A DNA stretch of 64,000 nt from Alphaproteobacteria bacterium (GCA_964291215.2 OZ219791.1:1984001-2048000); one strand, 5' to 3'; positions 21,278-32,603 are shown, counted from the stretch's first letter. Program-made: numbers and translations. The notes: generated from the letters alone by a model not told the origin.

Positions 21278-23391
21278 TCGTCCCTTCGCATGACGATGTG
21301 ACCGGGCAGGTTAATCCGGGCAGTAAAGCCGTCAAGCACGATGGTCCCTGTCCCGTCCTCGACTATGACGGCGGGTCCCGCGATCTTGTCCCCCGGCGCC
21401 AGCATCTCCCGGCGATATACCGGTACGGGCTTCATGTGCGCTTCGTCATGGTCGAACAGATCGCGCAGGGTTTCTTTCACAGGCGTCGATTCGGGGGGCG
21501 CGGGCGGGCAGACTTCCGGATCGGCGGTCGCAGCCGAAAGACGCAGGGTCCAGCTCATCACTTCGATGCCGAGATCCGGTATGTGCCGCCCGTAAGTCGA
21601 CCGGTAGATTTCGTCGAATTCGCTGATCAGTTCGTTTCGGATCCCGTTTCCGTACGGCCCGGCGGGCAGCGCAACGGTGATCTCGTGACCCTGTCCGGTA
21701 TAGCGCATGTCCGCGGCGCGTCTTTCCACCAGTTCCGATCCCGGCGCCGCGCTGGCCACCACCTCCTCGGCTTCCCGGCGCATCTCGGCATACAGCGCGT
21801 TCAGGAGGTCGGGGTCGAAGCCGTCGTTCAGCGGCGCGTAGCGGCTGCGTACGACCTCGTAGGCGACCGGAGCCTGAAGGAAGCCGATTGCCGACCCGAC
21901 GCCGGCGGCAACCGGAATTACGACCTCGTCGATGCCGAGTTTTCCGGCCAGCCGCGCCGCGTGCAGCGGCGCGGCACCCCCGAAGGCCACCAGCGTGCGG
22001 CCGCGGGTCTGCTTGCCGCGCTCGATGGCATGGACACGAGCTGCATTGGCCATGTTCTCCACCACCACCTCCGAGATGCCGAAAGCTGCGGCGGTCGTGG
22101 AGAGCGTCAGTTCGCTGCCCACCGCACGGTCGATCGCGTGGGCGGCGAGGCTGGGGTCGAGCGTGATGCTGCCGCTGGCGAAGGCGGCGGGGTCGATGCG
22201 GCCGAGCGCGACATCGGCATCGGTGACGGTGGGCTCTCTGCCGCCGAATGCGTAGCAGGCCGGTCCCGGCGCCGCGCCTGCGCTCTTCGGCCCAACAAGG
22301 ATGCGCGACATCGCATCTACGCGGGCGATCGAGCCGCCGCCGGCTCCGATCTCGACCATTTCCACCACGGGGATCCGAAGCGGCAGGCCGCTGCCCTTGA
22401 GGAAACGATACTGCCGCGCCACCTCAAAGCTGCGCGAATATTGCGGCTCGCCATCATCGATGAGGCAGATCTTCGCGGTGGTACCGCCCATGTCGAAGGA
22501 CAGTACATCGCGAAGTTCGCATTCGCGGGCCAGGCGCGCTGCCAGTATCACGCCGCCGGCGGGTCCCGATTCAACGAGACGGATCGGAAAGCGGCGCGCG
22601 GTCTCGACCGAGGTAAGTCCGCCGCCCGATGTCATGAGGCAGAGTGGGCAGGAGAATCCCATGCCGCGCAATTCGGTCGAGAGCCGGCCGAGATAGCGGG
22701 CCATCAGCGGCTGGACATAGGCGTTGGCGGCCGTGGTCGACCAGCGCTCGTATTCGCGGATTTCCGGGGACACCTCGCTTGACAACGAGATCCACATTTC
22801 GGGAAATTCGCGGGCTAGGATTCCCGCGAGCCGGCGTTCATGGTCCGGGGCGGCATAGGAATGCATGAGCCCGATGGCAACCGACTCGATCCGGTGGTTG
22901 CGGAGTCGGGCCATGACGTCGTCGAGCGTGTCCTCTTCGAGCGGAATCAGGACGTGGCCCCGCGCATCAACCCGTTCTGCGATTTCGAACCGGAATTCGC
23001 GCGGCACCAGTGGCGTCGGCTTGTCCATGAAGATGTCGTACTGTTCGAACCTGTTCTCATGGGCGATTTCGACGGCGTCGCGAAATCCCTCGGTCACCAG
23101 CATCGCGGTTCTGGCACCCTTGCGTTCTATGAGGGCATTCGTCGCCAGTGTCGTGCCATGTACGACCAGCCGGAAGTCTGCCGGTGCAAGTCCGGTTTCT
23201 TCCAGCGCGTGGCAGATACCTTGGAAGACGCCATTCTCGGGCGCTCCGGCGGTGGTCGGGACCTTGCACGTGAAGAGCGCGCCACCGTTGTCCACTGCGA
23301 TGTCGGTAAAGGTTCCGCCAATGTCCACGCCGATGCGGCATCCGCCCAGCGTGGGAGGACTTTTCGAGTGTTTTTCAGCAGGATGCGACAT
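21274..23391 (-). CDS. Hydantoinase A/oxoprolinase family protein
   Basis: GVDIGGTFTD, HGTTLATNA, ESGPAGG, DMGGTT; start uncertain. Confidence 0.92.
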   Translation of the reverse strand: MSHPAEKHSKSPPTLGGCRIGVDIGGTFTDIAVDNGGALFTCKVPTTAGAPENGVFQGICHALEETGLAPADFRLVVHGTTLATNALIERKGARTAMLVTEGFRDAVEIAHENRFEQYDIFMDKPTPLVPREFRFEIAERVDARGHVLIPLEEDTLDDVMARLRNHRIESVAIGLMHSYAAPDHERRLAGILAREFPEMWISLSSEVSPEIREYERWSTTAANAYVQPLMARYLGRLSTELRGMGFSCPLCLMTSGGGLTSVETARRFPIRLVESGPAGGVILAARLARECELRDVLSFDMGGTTAKICLIDDGEPQYSRSFEVARQYRFLKGSGLPLRIPVVEMVEIGAGGGSIARVDAMSRILVGPKSAGAAPGPACYAFGGREPTVTDADVALGRIDPAAFASGSITLDPSLAAHAIDRAVGSELTLSTTAAAFGISEVVVENMANAARVHAIERGKQTRGRTLVAFGGAAPLHAARLAGKLGIDEVVIPVAAGVGSAIGFLQAPVAYEVVRSRYAPLNDGFDPDLLNALYAEMRREAEEVVASAAPGSELVERRAADMRYTGQGHEITVALPAGPYGNGIRNELISEFDEIYRSTYGRHIPDLGIEVMSWTLRLSAATADPEVCPPAPPESTPVKETLRDLFDHDEAHMKPVPVYRREMLAPGDKIAGPAVIVEDGTGTIVLDGFTARINLPGHIVMRRDE

Positions 23392-23802
23392 CACATCGGC
23401 CCAATGCAAACATCATTCCACCGGGCCAGTGTAAGCGTAGCGCAGGCGGATTCATTCCAAACCGAAACTGTCTGGATCCGCAGGCGGTCCCGGACCATCC
23501 GGCCGAACTCCAAGGCTCCCGACGTACGAACCACGCCGAGCGCTGCTACAGTCGACCGCGATGTCTGCCACAATCTATCAGCAGAGTTCGCAACGGTCAC
23601 CGGCAGCGACGCCGAGTGATCAGCTCTTCAATGGTGTCGGCAAAAATCGCTTTCACCGCCATGCCGTCTCCAAATCGATCCGAGCCAGAATTTCCTCGAT
23701 TACGGCGCTGGCCTCCCGCTGCCTCAGCACTCGAGATTCGCGCTGATCAGCCGTCTCACCCTCGTCCAGTTCGAAACGGGCAACTGGTACCGGGGGGAAT
23801 CG

Positions 23803-25045
23803 GGTACTGTAACTTGATGTCTGGAAATTTGTCTGAGGTTTGCGCTTTGAGGCGTTTCACTGGGGGGCTAGCCCCCCAGTGAAACGCGGCGCCATCGTGC
23901 TATCCCATGGAGTTGCAAAACCTTCATGGAGGAAGCGAATGGACCTGCGACACACTACGACGATCGGGACTGTTTTGGAACATCTGATCGCAAACGAAGC
24001 AACGGATCTGGGGCGGGTCTTTGGCCAGCTCTTCGAGCTTGCGATGCAAATCGAGCGCGAGCAGCACTTGAAAGCGGGCCACCGGACGCCGGAGCGACAG
24101 GGCCAACGGCTACAAACGGATCGACACCCCCACTGTTACCATTCAGGTGCCAAAGACGGCCGGTCACGGGGACGATCCGTCCCCAGTCGCTTGAACGCGG
24201 CCAGCGATCTTCTCGCGCCGTCATGCTGGCCGTAGCCGAGATGTACATCAACGGTGTTTCCACGCGGCAGGATGTAATGCGCGAGTTCGGGAGCCTGTCC
24301 TCTTCTCAGGGGGCCACCAGGTTGCTCGATGAAGAACTCGCCGCGCAACCGGCCCCTGATGAAATACCTGATCCTGGATGCGCGCTACGAAAAAGCCCGC
24401 CATGACGGCGTTGTGCGCGATGTTGCAGTGCTCTCGGCCATCGGAATAGGGGCTGCAGGCACGTTCTAGGGCTCTCTGTGGCGCTCTCCGAGGCCGAGGT
24501 CCATTGGAGAGCCTTCCTGGAAAGCTTGCTAGACCTGCATGGTACGACCTTCATCGTCTCGGATGCCGGGCTGAAAGCGGCACGGTGCTGGGCGCGGCGA
24601 CATGGCAGCGCTGCCAATTCCACCTGGCGCAAAACGCCGTGCACCGAACAACGACATCAGGAAACGTATTGGAAAACAGCTCGGAGCCATGCGTCCTCAC
24701 TCCAAACTGCCGAGTCTGAACTGGGCGCCCTCGTGGCCAGCGACAAGCATCCAGGCTTCCTGGCTGGAAAACAATGCGCCCGAGGGGTTCGCTGTCTTCA
24801 CCTTGCCCGATGCTCACCGCAAGCGCATGCGAACCTCGAACGGCATCGAGCGACCGATCCAGCAAGAACTCAAGCGGCGCACCTCCAAAGTCAGGGTCTT
24901 TCCGAACCTCGCCTCGTTGGAGCGCCTCTCAACCGCGGTCCTCATCGACGAAAAATGGGAAACCGAAACCAAGGCATACATCAAATGGGAACAGCTCGAT
25001 GACTGAGAGCTTCACGACAATTTCCAGACATCAGGTTGCGTAATC
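23803..25045 (+). mobile_element. IS256-family element copy 1, transposase broken by micro-deletions
   Basis: Ends GGTACTGTAACTTGATGTCTGGAAATT and AATTTCCAGACATCAGGTTGCGTAATC; fragments EMYINGVSTR, WQRCQFH, RTSNGIER, VFPN in shifting frames. Confidence 0.92.
23852..23887. repeat. Perfect 36-bp palindrome in the IS256 leader
   Basis: GCGTTTCACTGGGGGGCTAGCCCCCCAGTGAAACGC; also intact in copy 3 and split by IS4 in the other two left ends. Confidence 0.95.
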
Positions 25046-25368
25046 CCGAATCGTCCTTCCGATACCCTTCGACTTCGCCGTCCCCTGCGAAACGATTGCG
25101 AAGGATCGACAAGCAGTTCCGGATCACAGCGCCGTGCCTGTCCTTCAAGGCGTCCCGGAACATCCGCGCAGTGCCGTTTTGACCCTTCTCCGCGTGCTCA
25201 ATGTAATAGATCAGGCTATGAGCGTCCTTCCCCTCGTCCGTCCCGCGGCCAAGCGGCACTGCAGCAAGTGATCTTGGTCACCGTCAGGGGCGCCCGAACC
25301 GCTAGCGCCTGGGAGAGCTTCGACCCGTTCAAGGCCGCGGCCGCACAAGACGGCCGTTCACCAAGGTC

Positions 25369-28368
25369 TCAGCGCCGCCTATGCTGCCTGGAACCTGACT
25401 TCTTCGGCTGTCCTTGGGGGCGGGACCGAGCTTGCTTCAGATTGTGCGTGTAGTCGCATCGTGGGTAGTTCGAGCAGCCTAGGAAGCGGCCGAACCGTCC
25501 CATCTTCGTTTCTAGCCAGCCGTCGCAGACCGGACATCCCTCGATCGATCCCCCGCAGTCACGGCACCGGAATGTGCTGCCCGATCTGACCGGCAGCCCG
25601 GTTCCGCACTTCGGACACGATCGTTCCGTGTGCTCGCAATATGGCCAGTTGGAGCAGCCGTAGAAGACATTCCTATGACGCGCGTTTTCTCGGCGTTCCA
25701 GACGTCCCTCCTCGCACTGCGGACATGCAACATCCCCTTCCGGCAAGCGGCCGAACACGGTCACATGTTTCTTGTGGTCGATCAGTTCCGTGACAAACGC
25801 GGACGGGGGGGCGCCCTCGGCGAGCAGGAATACTTGGCGGCGTGCACGGGTCAACGCGACATAGAGCAGGCGTCGCTCCTCGGCATTGGGATACCCTTCG
25901 GGCGCCGCCATTACCAGGTCAAGCAATGGGTCGTCCGCGATCTCAACCGGAAAACCGTACTTGCCGGCGCACAGCCCGAGCACCACCACATAGTCGGCTT
26001 CCAGCCCTTTGGCGCGATGCACGGTCATGTAGCCGAATCGCAGGCCCGGATACTGCTTTGCCAGGCTGTCGAGATTCAGCGGCTGCAAATGCCGGTAGCG
26101 GCCCAGCAGCAGCACCTCCGACATTCCGTCGTGCCTTTGGGCGTCCTCGGCGATCCGGTCGAGGGCTTCCTTTAGTAGTGAGAGCCCTTTGTCGCCTGAA
26201 AGGCCTATATGCACCGCTGGTCGGTCGGCCTCGCGCGTTGCACGGACCGTCTTGCGGATCTGCGCAGGATTGCGCAGCACGAAATCGGTGGCGACCATGG
26301 CGATGCGATCCGCACACCGGAACGTGGTTTCCAGATCGATGCGTTCGAACTCGCCGAATCTCTCCCCGAATTCCCGCATGACGGCGATGTCTGACCCGCC
26401 GAACCGGAAGATCGCCTGCCAGTCGTCCCCCACTGCAAACAGCTGCGATCCCGGAGAGCGGTCGAGCAGCGCCCTTAACAATCGCGCGCGGGCGGGCGAG
26501 ATGTCCTGGAACTCGTCGACCAGAATGTAGCCGAAGGGACTGTGGTAGCGACCGGCCTCTACGTGATCGGTGGCCCGGGCGATCATGTCATGGAAGTCGA
26601 TCTCTTCGTCACGGGCGAGCGTTGCCTGATAACGTTCGAAGATCGGCCCGAACATCTTCAGAAACGCTTCTGCCCGCCCCTCGTCGTCAAGGGAACCAGC
26701 CTGCCGGGCGACCTCCTCCAAGGAACGTTGGCCGCCCTTGAAGTGCTGCAGGAAGGTCGCCAGCAGGCGGATGAATGGGTCGACCCGTCCCTGTTCTTCG
26801 AGGACTGAAAACACCTGTTCCTTTGAAAGCGGCGTCCGCTCCACACCGTGCGCCATCAGCTTTTTCTCAAGGTTCCGGATCAATCGTCCATCAGCGCGTT
26901 CGCGCGTGAAGGTCTCTATCAGGACGGTGTCTCGTTCGGTATGGACCTGCCGCTTCCACTCCATTTCCTCGAGGTATTTCTCTCGGTCAACGAACGGCGC
27001 CGTATTTCCCTCGGCGTCGAGCCCGAAGTGCTCGATATAGATACCGTGGTCCGGAAGATAGAAGTCGGGCTTGTACTGGCGCTTCTCGGCTGTCGCGGTA
27101 TCGTGCTCGTAGGATGCCTCGTACTCGTAGGCGATGCCGTTGAGATAGAGGAAGTTCGCAATTTCGCATTCCTCGTAGCTCTTCACCTTGTCACCCTTCA
27201 GCGAACGGATGTCATTCCGACGGATGTAGTTCCAGTACGCGCCCCAGTTTGGGAACTCGTGCGTGCTCTTGTAGGGCGCGAACTGATCCTGGAACCATTC
27301 CAGCATGGTCTCCGAAAGGTCGCCGCCAGCCAGCAAATCAGCGACGATGCCCTTGAGCACATCGAACAGCATCCGGTCGTTTTCCGCCGACCGGGCCAGC
27401 GCCGGACGCTTGCCTTCGGCCTCGCCGATGATCGCCATGCCTAGGCTGTGGAAAGTTCGAATCGTTACGTCGCGGGCGGTTACGGTGCCGAGCCGTCTAC
27501 CGACGCGTTCCTCCATTTCGTTCCGGGCGTCCCGTGCAAAGGCGAGCAACAGGAGCTCGGACGGCTTCCGATACCCTCTCTGGACCAGCCAGCCCGCTTT
27601 CGCCACGATGACCGAGGTCTTGCCGCTTCCCGCTGCGGCGACCACCAGATTGCGCCGCTCGTCGACGACTACCGCTCTGCGTTGTTCGTCCGTGAGCGGC
27701 CTGACCTCGATCCGGTTGAACAGGTCGCGCGACCGGACTAGCTCATTCGCGATGAATGCCTCGTTGGCCCTTGATCTGGCATTGTCCGGCGCTTCCAGGA
27801 ACTCCAGCATGGCCCTCAGTATCCGGATCTCCGGGGTGTCGGACAGGGCATCCGGCCAGTGTCCGGCTACGCCGCCGGCCACCGCCTGCGCATCCTGCAC
27901 AAGATCGTGGATGGTGTTGGAATGGACATATCCCGGTGGATCGGCAATTTGGACCAACCGGCCGTGGACGGAGCGAAGCGCACCAATCTGGGGTCCCAGC
28001 GTACTGCGCCACCATTCGATCCTCGCGGTCTCAATCGCATCCGCCAGCGCATCGGCTTCGCTTCGGGCAAGCCCCGACACGGTTATCCCGGCCGTTGCAC
28101 TGCCCAGGCTGACGCCGCTCCAGCGCCTGCCAACCTTCAGCCGGACCGATTCGATGTCCCGTAGGGCGATTTTCCTCGAGTGCAACGCGAAAGCGACCGT
28201 GACGTTGTCGGCGTTCACCGTCGCGGCCCCGGCGCTCCCCGGACGAAACACTGTGAACAGCAACGAGGTCAGTCCGGTCCGCTTCACGCAGAACCGCGAG
28301 CTTGGACTGGCCACTTCTCTGGAGGTGCTGTGCACCTCTAATCCTGCAAGTTTCGTCACTTCTGCCAT
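25369..28368 (-). CDS. UvrD-family helicase (helicase IV/HelD-like) with C-terminal topoisomerase-type Zn ribbons
   Basis: AAAGSGKT, ILVDEFQD, AVGDDWQAIFRF, TVHRAKGLE, EERRLLYVALTRAR; FYGCSNWPYC and FLGCSNYPRC. Confidence 0.9.
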   Translation of the reverse strand: MAEVTKLAGLEVHSTSREVASPSSRFCVKRTGLTSLLFTVFRPGSAGAATVNADNVTVAFALHSRKIALRDIESVRLKVGRRWSGVSLGSATAGITVSGLARSEADALADAIETARIEWWRSTLGPQIGALRSVHGRLVQIADPPGYVHSNTIHDLVQDAQAVAGGVAGHWPDALSDTPEIRILRAMLEFLEAPDNARSRANEAFIANELVRSRDLFNRIEVRPLTDEQRRAVVVDERRNLVVAAAGSGKTSVIVAKAGWLVQRGYRKPSELLLLAFARDARNEMEERVGRRLGTVTARDVTIRTFHSLGMAIIGEAEGKRPALARSAENDRMLFDVLKGIVADLLAGGDLSETMLEWFQDQFAPYKSTHEFPNWGAYWNYIRRNDIRSLKGDKVKSYEECEIANFLYLNGIAYEYEASYEHDTATAEKRQYKPDFYLPDHGIYIEHFGLDAEGNTAPFVDREKYLEEMEWKRQVHTERDTVLIETFTRERADGRLIRNLEKKLMAHGVERTPLSKEQVFSVLEEQGRVDPFIRLLATFLQHFKGGQRSLEEVARQAGSLDDEGRAEAFLKMFGPIFERYQATLARDEEIDFHDMIARATDHVEAGRYHSPFGYILVDEFQDISPARARLLRALLDRSPGSQLFAVGDDWQAIFRFGGSDIAVMREFGERFGEFERIDLETTFRCADRIAMVATDFVLRNPAQIRKTVRATREADRPAVHIGLSGDKGLSLLKEALDRIAEDAQRHDGMSEVLLLGRYRHLQPLNLDSLAKQYPGLRFGYMTVHRAKGLEADYVVVLGLCAGKYGFPVEIADDPLLDLVMAAPEGYPNAEERRLLYVALTRARRQVFLLAEGAPPSAFVTELIDHKKHVTVFGRLPEGDVACPQCEEGRLERRENARHRNVFYGCSNWPYCEHTERSCPKCGTGLPVRSGSTFRCRDCGGSIEGCPVCDGWLETKMGRFGRFLGCSNYPRCDYTHNLKQARSRPQGQPKKSGSRQHRRR

Positions 28369-29229
28369 TCATTTCGACGATGTCATAATCGACGCCAACA
28401 TCACGGAATATACTACACCTTGATATAGAGCACGGATTTTACTGGTTGTTCTTGGCTTCCTGCAAATCAAACCCCTTTCCAGATACCGTTCCCGAGACCG
28501 GAACGATTCGAAATAGGGCGTAGCCGGCTCGCGCCTGCCGATAAACGGTCCGTCGCGCGGAGGGCATCACGGCAAGTGTTCCGCCAGACCGTGGAGAAGG
28601 CAATCCTCGCGTCAGCACAGTTGCACGCATGCCCGATCCGTGTCGCTTGGATTCTATCGGTTGAGGTCGGTATAGTTCATTTCAGCAGAACGCAAGCCTT
28701 TCCGCTGGTTCGGAGACTACGACCTGGTGTTATGTCAGCAATGATATGTCGCACATTTGGTGCTAGACTGTCCGTCCATTCGGGATGGAGGTCGGAGTAT
28801 GAAACGCTACGTGGTGACCCTGGACGAACGGGCAGAACTTTCGGAGATCACGACCAAGGGCTCGCATCTGTCGCAAAAGGTAATCAACGCCTTGATCTTG
28901 CTCAACTGCGACGAGGGTGCGTTCAATGAATGCCAGATGACCGGGAAGGTCATTGCCGAGATTCTGCGCATCAGCATGCGCAAAGTAGACCGGGTGAAAA
29001 AGCGTTTCGTTGAAGAGGGGCTGGAGGCGGCATTGGGTGGCCGGTAAGGACGCCGTCCTACCTACATGCGAAAAGCCGACGGCACCTTCGAGGCGCGCTT
29101 GGTGGCTCTGAGTTGTGGTGAACCGCCTGAGGGTTACGCGCAATGGTCGTTGCGGCTGCTGGCCGACCGCGTTGTTGAGCTTGGTTACATTGATACCGTG
29201 TCACACGAGACGGTGCGGCGTGTTCTAAA

Positions 29230-30909
29230 CCGAAGTTCCAGAAAATTCCGGTTGAAATGCACGTCAAGTCATTGATGCAGCGTGGTTTATCAGATTTTTC
29301 GTGCGTCATATTGTACCCATGTAATATTGTGTTAGATGCTTGACATCCATGGATTTTCCGCCCATATTCAGTAGCCATGTATATCGAATCCATCCCCAAC
29401 CGCTCGTCCCCGCCCGCCATCCTGCTCCGCGAGTCCTGTCGCGAAGCCGGAACGGTCAAGAAGCGCACCCTCGCCAACCTTTCCAAGCCCGCTCTCATCG
29501 AGGGATTGCGCATTCTGCTCAAGGGAGGAACCGCAGGTCTCGACGACGCCTCGTCCGCTCTCTCTTCCCCATGTCGCCGCGGTGCTGGGAACCCTGAAGA
29601 AACTGGACCGGCGGATCGACCCGAAGCCTTCTCCCGAGCGCGATCAGGTTTTCGCCATGATCGTGGCACGCATCCTTGAGCCCGCCTCGAAGCTGGCCAG
29701 GGGGCTGGCGACAGCGGTCAGCGCCTTGGGTGAGATGCGGAGTTGGACGAGAATGCCCTCTACGGCTCCTGGAACGTCAGGAGAGGATCCCCTGGCGGCA
29801 CCTCGAAGAGGGCTGCCTGGTGCTCCTGACTTCCGTGTGGATGGAGGGGAGAGCATGCCCCTTGGCCCAACGGGGTCATTCCCGGGATGGCAAGAAGGGC
29901 AAGCTGCAGTCGGCCTTCTGTGCGACCGGGACGGGTGTCGGTGCGGGTGTTCCCCGGCAACACCCGGCCACGGTGTCCTCACAGATCGCCACGCTGCGGG
30001 AGCGGTTCTCCTTTGCGAAGGTGGTGGGGGACCGAGGCCCGCGAGGAGGTCAAGCCTGCGGGCCAGCGCCTTGAGGGGCATCCGTTCACTGGTGGAGGCG
30101 GGTGACGATGTCGCTCTTCGACGAGAGAGACCTGGTGGAGATCACCAGCGATGTGTATCCCGGCGAACGCCTCTGCCGCAACCCCCTGCTGGATCGGGCT
30201 CGCAAGCGCCAGGAACTGCTCGAGGCCACCGAGGCTCGCACCGATTGCCGCAGCGACACGGCGCGACAAGCGCCGGGAAGATCGGGGAGCGGAAGGTCAT
30301 CGGCAGGATGGCGAAGCACTTCACGTGGTCCATCGACGACGACGGTGTCTTCACCTGTGGGCGTGATGAGGCTGCGATCGCTGCCGAGGCCAGGCTCCTC
30401 TATGTGGTCCGCCTGCCGCAGAGCGAGCTCGACGGTCCCGCGCGCCTACAAGCGGCTGAACTCCGTGGAACGGGCCTTCCGCAGCCTCAAGGACCTGAAG
30501 GTCCGTCCCGTCTACCCGAACCCCGAGTCCGCGTCTTCCTGTGTATGCTCGCCTACTACATGGCACATGCGACTGAAGCCCATGCTGTTCGACGACGAGG
30601 ATGCCGAAGGCGGCCGTCCGTCGTGGCGCCGGCAGAAGTCTCGGCGAGCGCCCGGGCCAAGGCGACAACGAAGAGGACGCCCGGAGGTGGCACAGCTTCC
30701 GCACCCTCATCGGCGATCTTGCCACCCGCAACACCGTGGCGCCCCGCCTTGCGGGCGCCGAACCCTTCCAGGTCACCACACGGCCCACGCCGCTCCAGAG
30801 AAGGGCACTCAAGCTCCTGGGCGTGAAGCCATAGTGTACCGAGACCGCTGAAATGTATCGAATGTCATTTCTATCAGATACTTAGGTCTGATCGGCTCTG
30901 GAACTTCGG
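29230..30909 (+). mobile_element. IS1634-family element with heavily eroded transposase
   Basis: Perfect 13-bp IRs CCGAAGTTCCAGA/TCTGGAACTTCGG; TSD TCTAAA; MYIESIPNRSSPPAILLRES, YKRLNSVERAFRSLK, PTPLQRRALKLLGV. Confidence 0.9.
29340..29368 (+). promoter_or_regulatory. Putative sigma70 promoter of the IS1634 transposase
   Basis: TTGACA-17 bp-CATATT just upstream of ATG 29377. Confidence 0.5.
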
Positions 30910-31825
30910 TCTAAAAAAACTGCCTCAAGCCATGGCAGCGGGTTGGGTGGGTGATTCCTCCTCAAGGGAACGCCGACTTCGCCGCAGCGAAGGTGCTCGA
31001 TCGCCGCCCCGTCGCCTTCCCCGTGGTCTGCATGGATGAAACGCCCCCCGACCGGCGAGACACGGCAACCGATCGCCATGGCGCCGGGACGGGCGTAACG
31101 ACTACGAGTATCGACGTTGCGGCACCTGCAACGTCTTCATGGAACCCCTGGCCGGCAAGCGCATGACCAAGGTAACCGAGCGCAAGATCGCGCAGTTCCT
31201 GGCCGACATCGCCGAGCGCTACTAAGATGCCACCACCATCACCCTGGTGATGGACAACCTCAACACTCACCGGCCCGGCGCCTTCTATGAGGCCTACCCG
31301 CCGGACGAGGCCAAGGCCCTGTGGGACCGTTTCGAGTTCGTCTACACCCCCAAGCACGGCAGTTGGCTGAACGTGGTCGAACTCAACGTCATGATCCGCC
31401 AGTGCCTGAACCGCCGCATCGACTGCATCGAGGTGTTACGCCGGGAAGTTGCCGCCTGGCAGGCGACCGCATTCAGGCCAAGGTGGATTGGCAGTTCACC
31501 ACCGACGATGCCCGCGTGAAACTCAAACGTCTTTATCCGATATTTGACGAATGACAAGACACTAGTGCGGCTCCGCTGAGTGGGGCTGAGGTATGCAGCG
31601 CCGACCGGGAACTGTAAAGTCCGCCCCGGCGCAGTGCAAAGCGGGTCGTTGCCGAAATGCGCCGCCGGGTGCGTTTTGAGGGGCCGTCTCGACAGCCGCC
31701 TGTTTTGTCCCCGCAGGAGAATAGCCCGGTACTGGCGGCTTATAGCAGGCCGTCCGCGTTGGCCCTTGGTCCAAGACAGCATAATTCGATAGAATCGTGG
31801 CCGTTATCGAACCGGAGGCGTCGGA

Positions 31826-32083
31826 ATGAGCACAAGCATCGTCGTCCGCGACATCGACCCCGGAGACAAGTCCTGGCTGCGGCGCGAGGCCCGGCAGGCC
31901 GGGGTGTCGATGGAAGAACTGGTGCGCCGCCTGATCCGCGAAACGCGCGCGAAGCGCGAACGCCGGTTGAAACCGTCCGAAACCTTCGCGCGGTATTTCG
32001 GGGAGGAGCACGGCGTCGAGCTTCCGCCGCCGGCCCGCCTCGATTACAGGCCGCTGTCGTACTCCGGAGCGAAGGAGGAATGA
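31826..32083 (+). CDS. FitA/VapB-like ribbon-helix-helix antitoxin
   Basis: MSTSIVVRDID...GVSMEELVRRLI...GVELPPP; ATGA overlap with PIN gene. Confidence 0.75.
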   Translation: MSTSIVVRDIDPGDKSWLRREARQAGVSMEELVRRLIRETRAKRERRLKPSETFARYFGEEHGVELPPPARLDYRPLSYSGAKEE

Positions 32084-32526
32084 CGGTTCGGCTTGCATGG
32101 CTGGTCGACGCGAATACGGTCTCCGAAATGATGCGGCCGCGGCCCGACCCGAAGGTCGCTTCCTTTCTCGATTCCGTCGCCGACGAGGGGCTGGGCATCG
32201 CGTCCGTCACAGTCTGGGAGATTCTCAACGGCATCGGCTGGCTCGATTCCGGCCGGCGTCGCCGCGAACTCGCCGAACGGTTCCGCGACCTTCTCGACGA
32301 CCTGTCCGAGGACCGGATCGTCGCGTGGTCTGCGGCGCAGGCCTGCGCGCGGATCATGGAGGACAAGCGCCGCCGGCGCGGCGAACCGCTGGACGACCAT
32401 GTTCCGGACGCCTTCCTCGCCGCTGCGGCGGCCGTGCGCGGCCTTGTCATCGTGACCCGCAACCGGGCGGAATTCCGGAACACCGGCGTCGAAACCGTGG
32501 ATCCCTGGACCGGGTGCCGGTCTTGA
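32080..32526 (+). CDS. PIN-domain (VapC/FitB) toxin
   Basis: WLVDANTVSEMMRPRPD, DAFLAAAA..RGLVIVTRN..EF, VDPW. Confidence 0.85.
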   Translation: MTVRLAWLVDANTVSEMMRPRPDPKVASFLDSVADEGLGIASVTVWEILNGIGWLDSGRRRRELAERFRDLLDDLSEDRIVAWSAAQACARIMEDKRRRRGEPLDDHVPDAFLAAAAAVRGLVIVTRNRAEFRNTGVETVDPWTGCRS

Positions 32527-32603
32527 GCTTCGCACTGGACGCCGGGTCCTGTTGTCGCTGCCGACGCCCCGACCCGCATATGCGAACCACATGAGATTCC
32601 GCC

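Larger units (their letters stand above)
23654..25259 (-). pseudogene. C-terminal remnant of a putative nucleotidyltransferase (AbiEii-like), split by IS256
   Basis: KDAHSLIYYIEHA...EGYRKDD continues as SVPVARFELDEGE...REASAVIEEILARID* once the IS and one TSD copy are removed; family call from memory. Confidence 0.5.
28763..31565 (+). mobile_element. IS630-family element (inactive), interrupted by IS1634
   Basis: CTAG at both ends with imperfect IRs; WSLRLLADR, VSHETVRR, CMDE, VMDNLNTH, YTPKHGSWLN; internal stops and deletions. Confidence 0.88.

Noticed and set aside
23852-23887. Recurring palindrome as a CRISPR repeat or REP
   Set aside because: Occurs only at a fixed position inside IS256 ends; no spacer array or cas genes.
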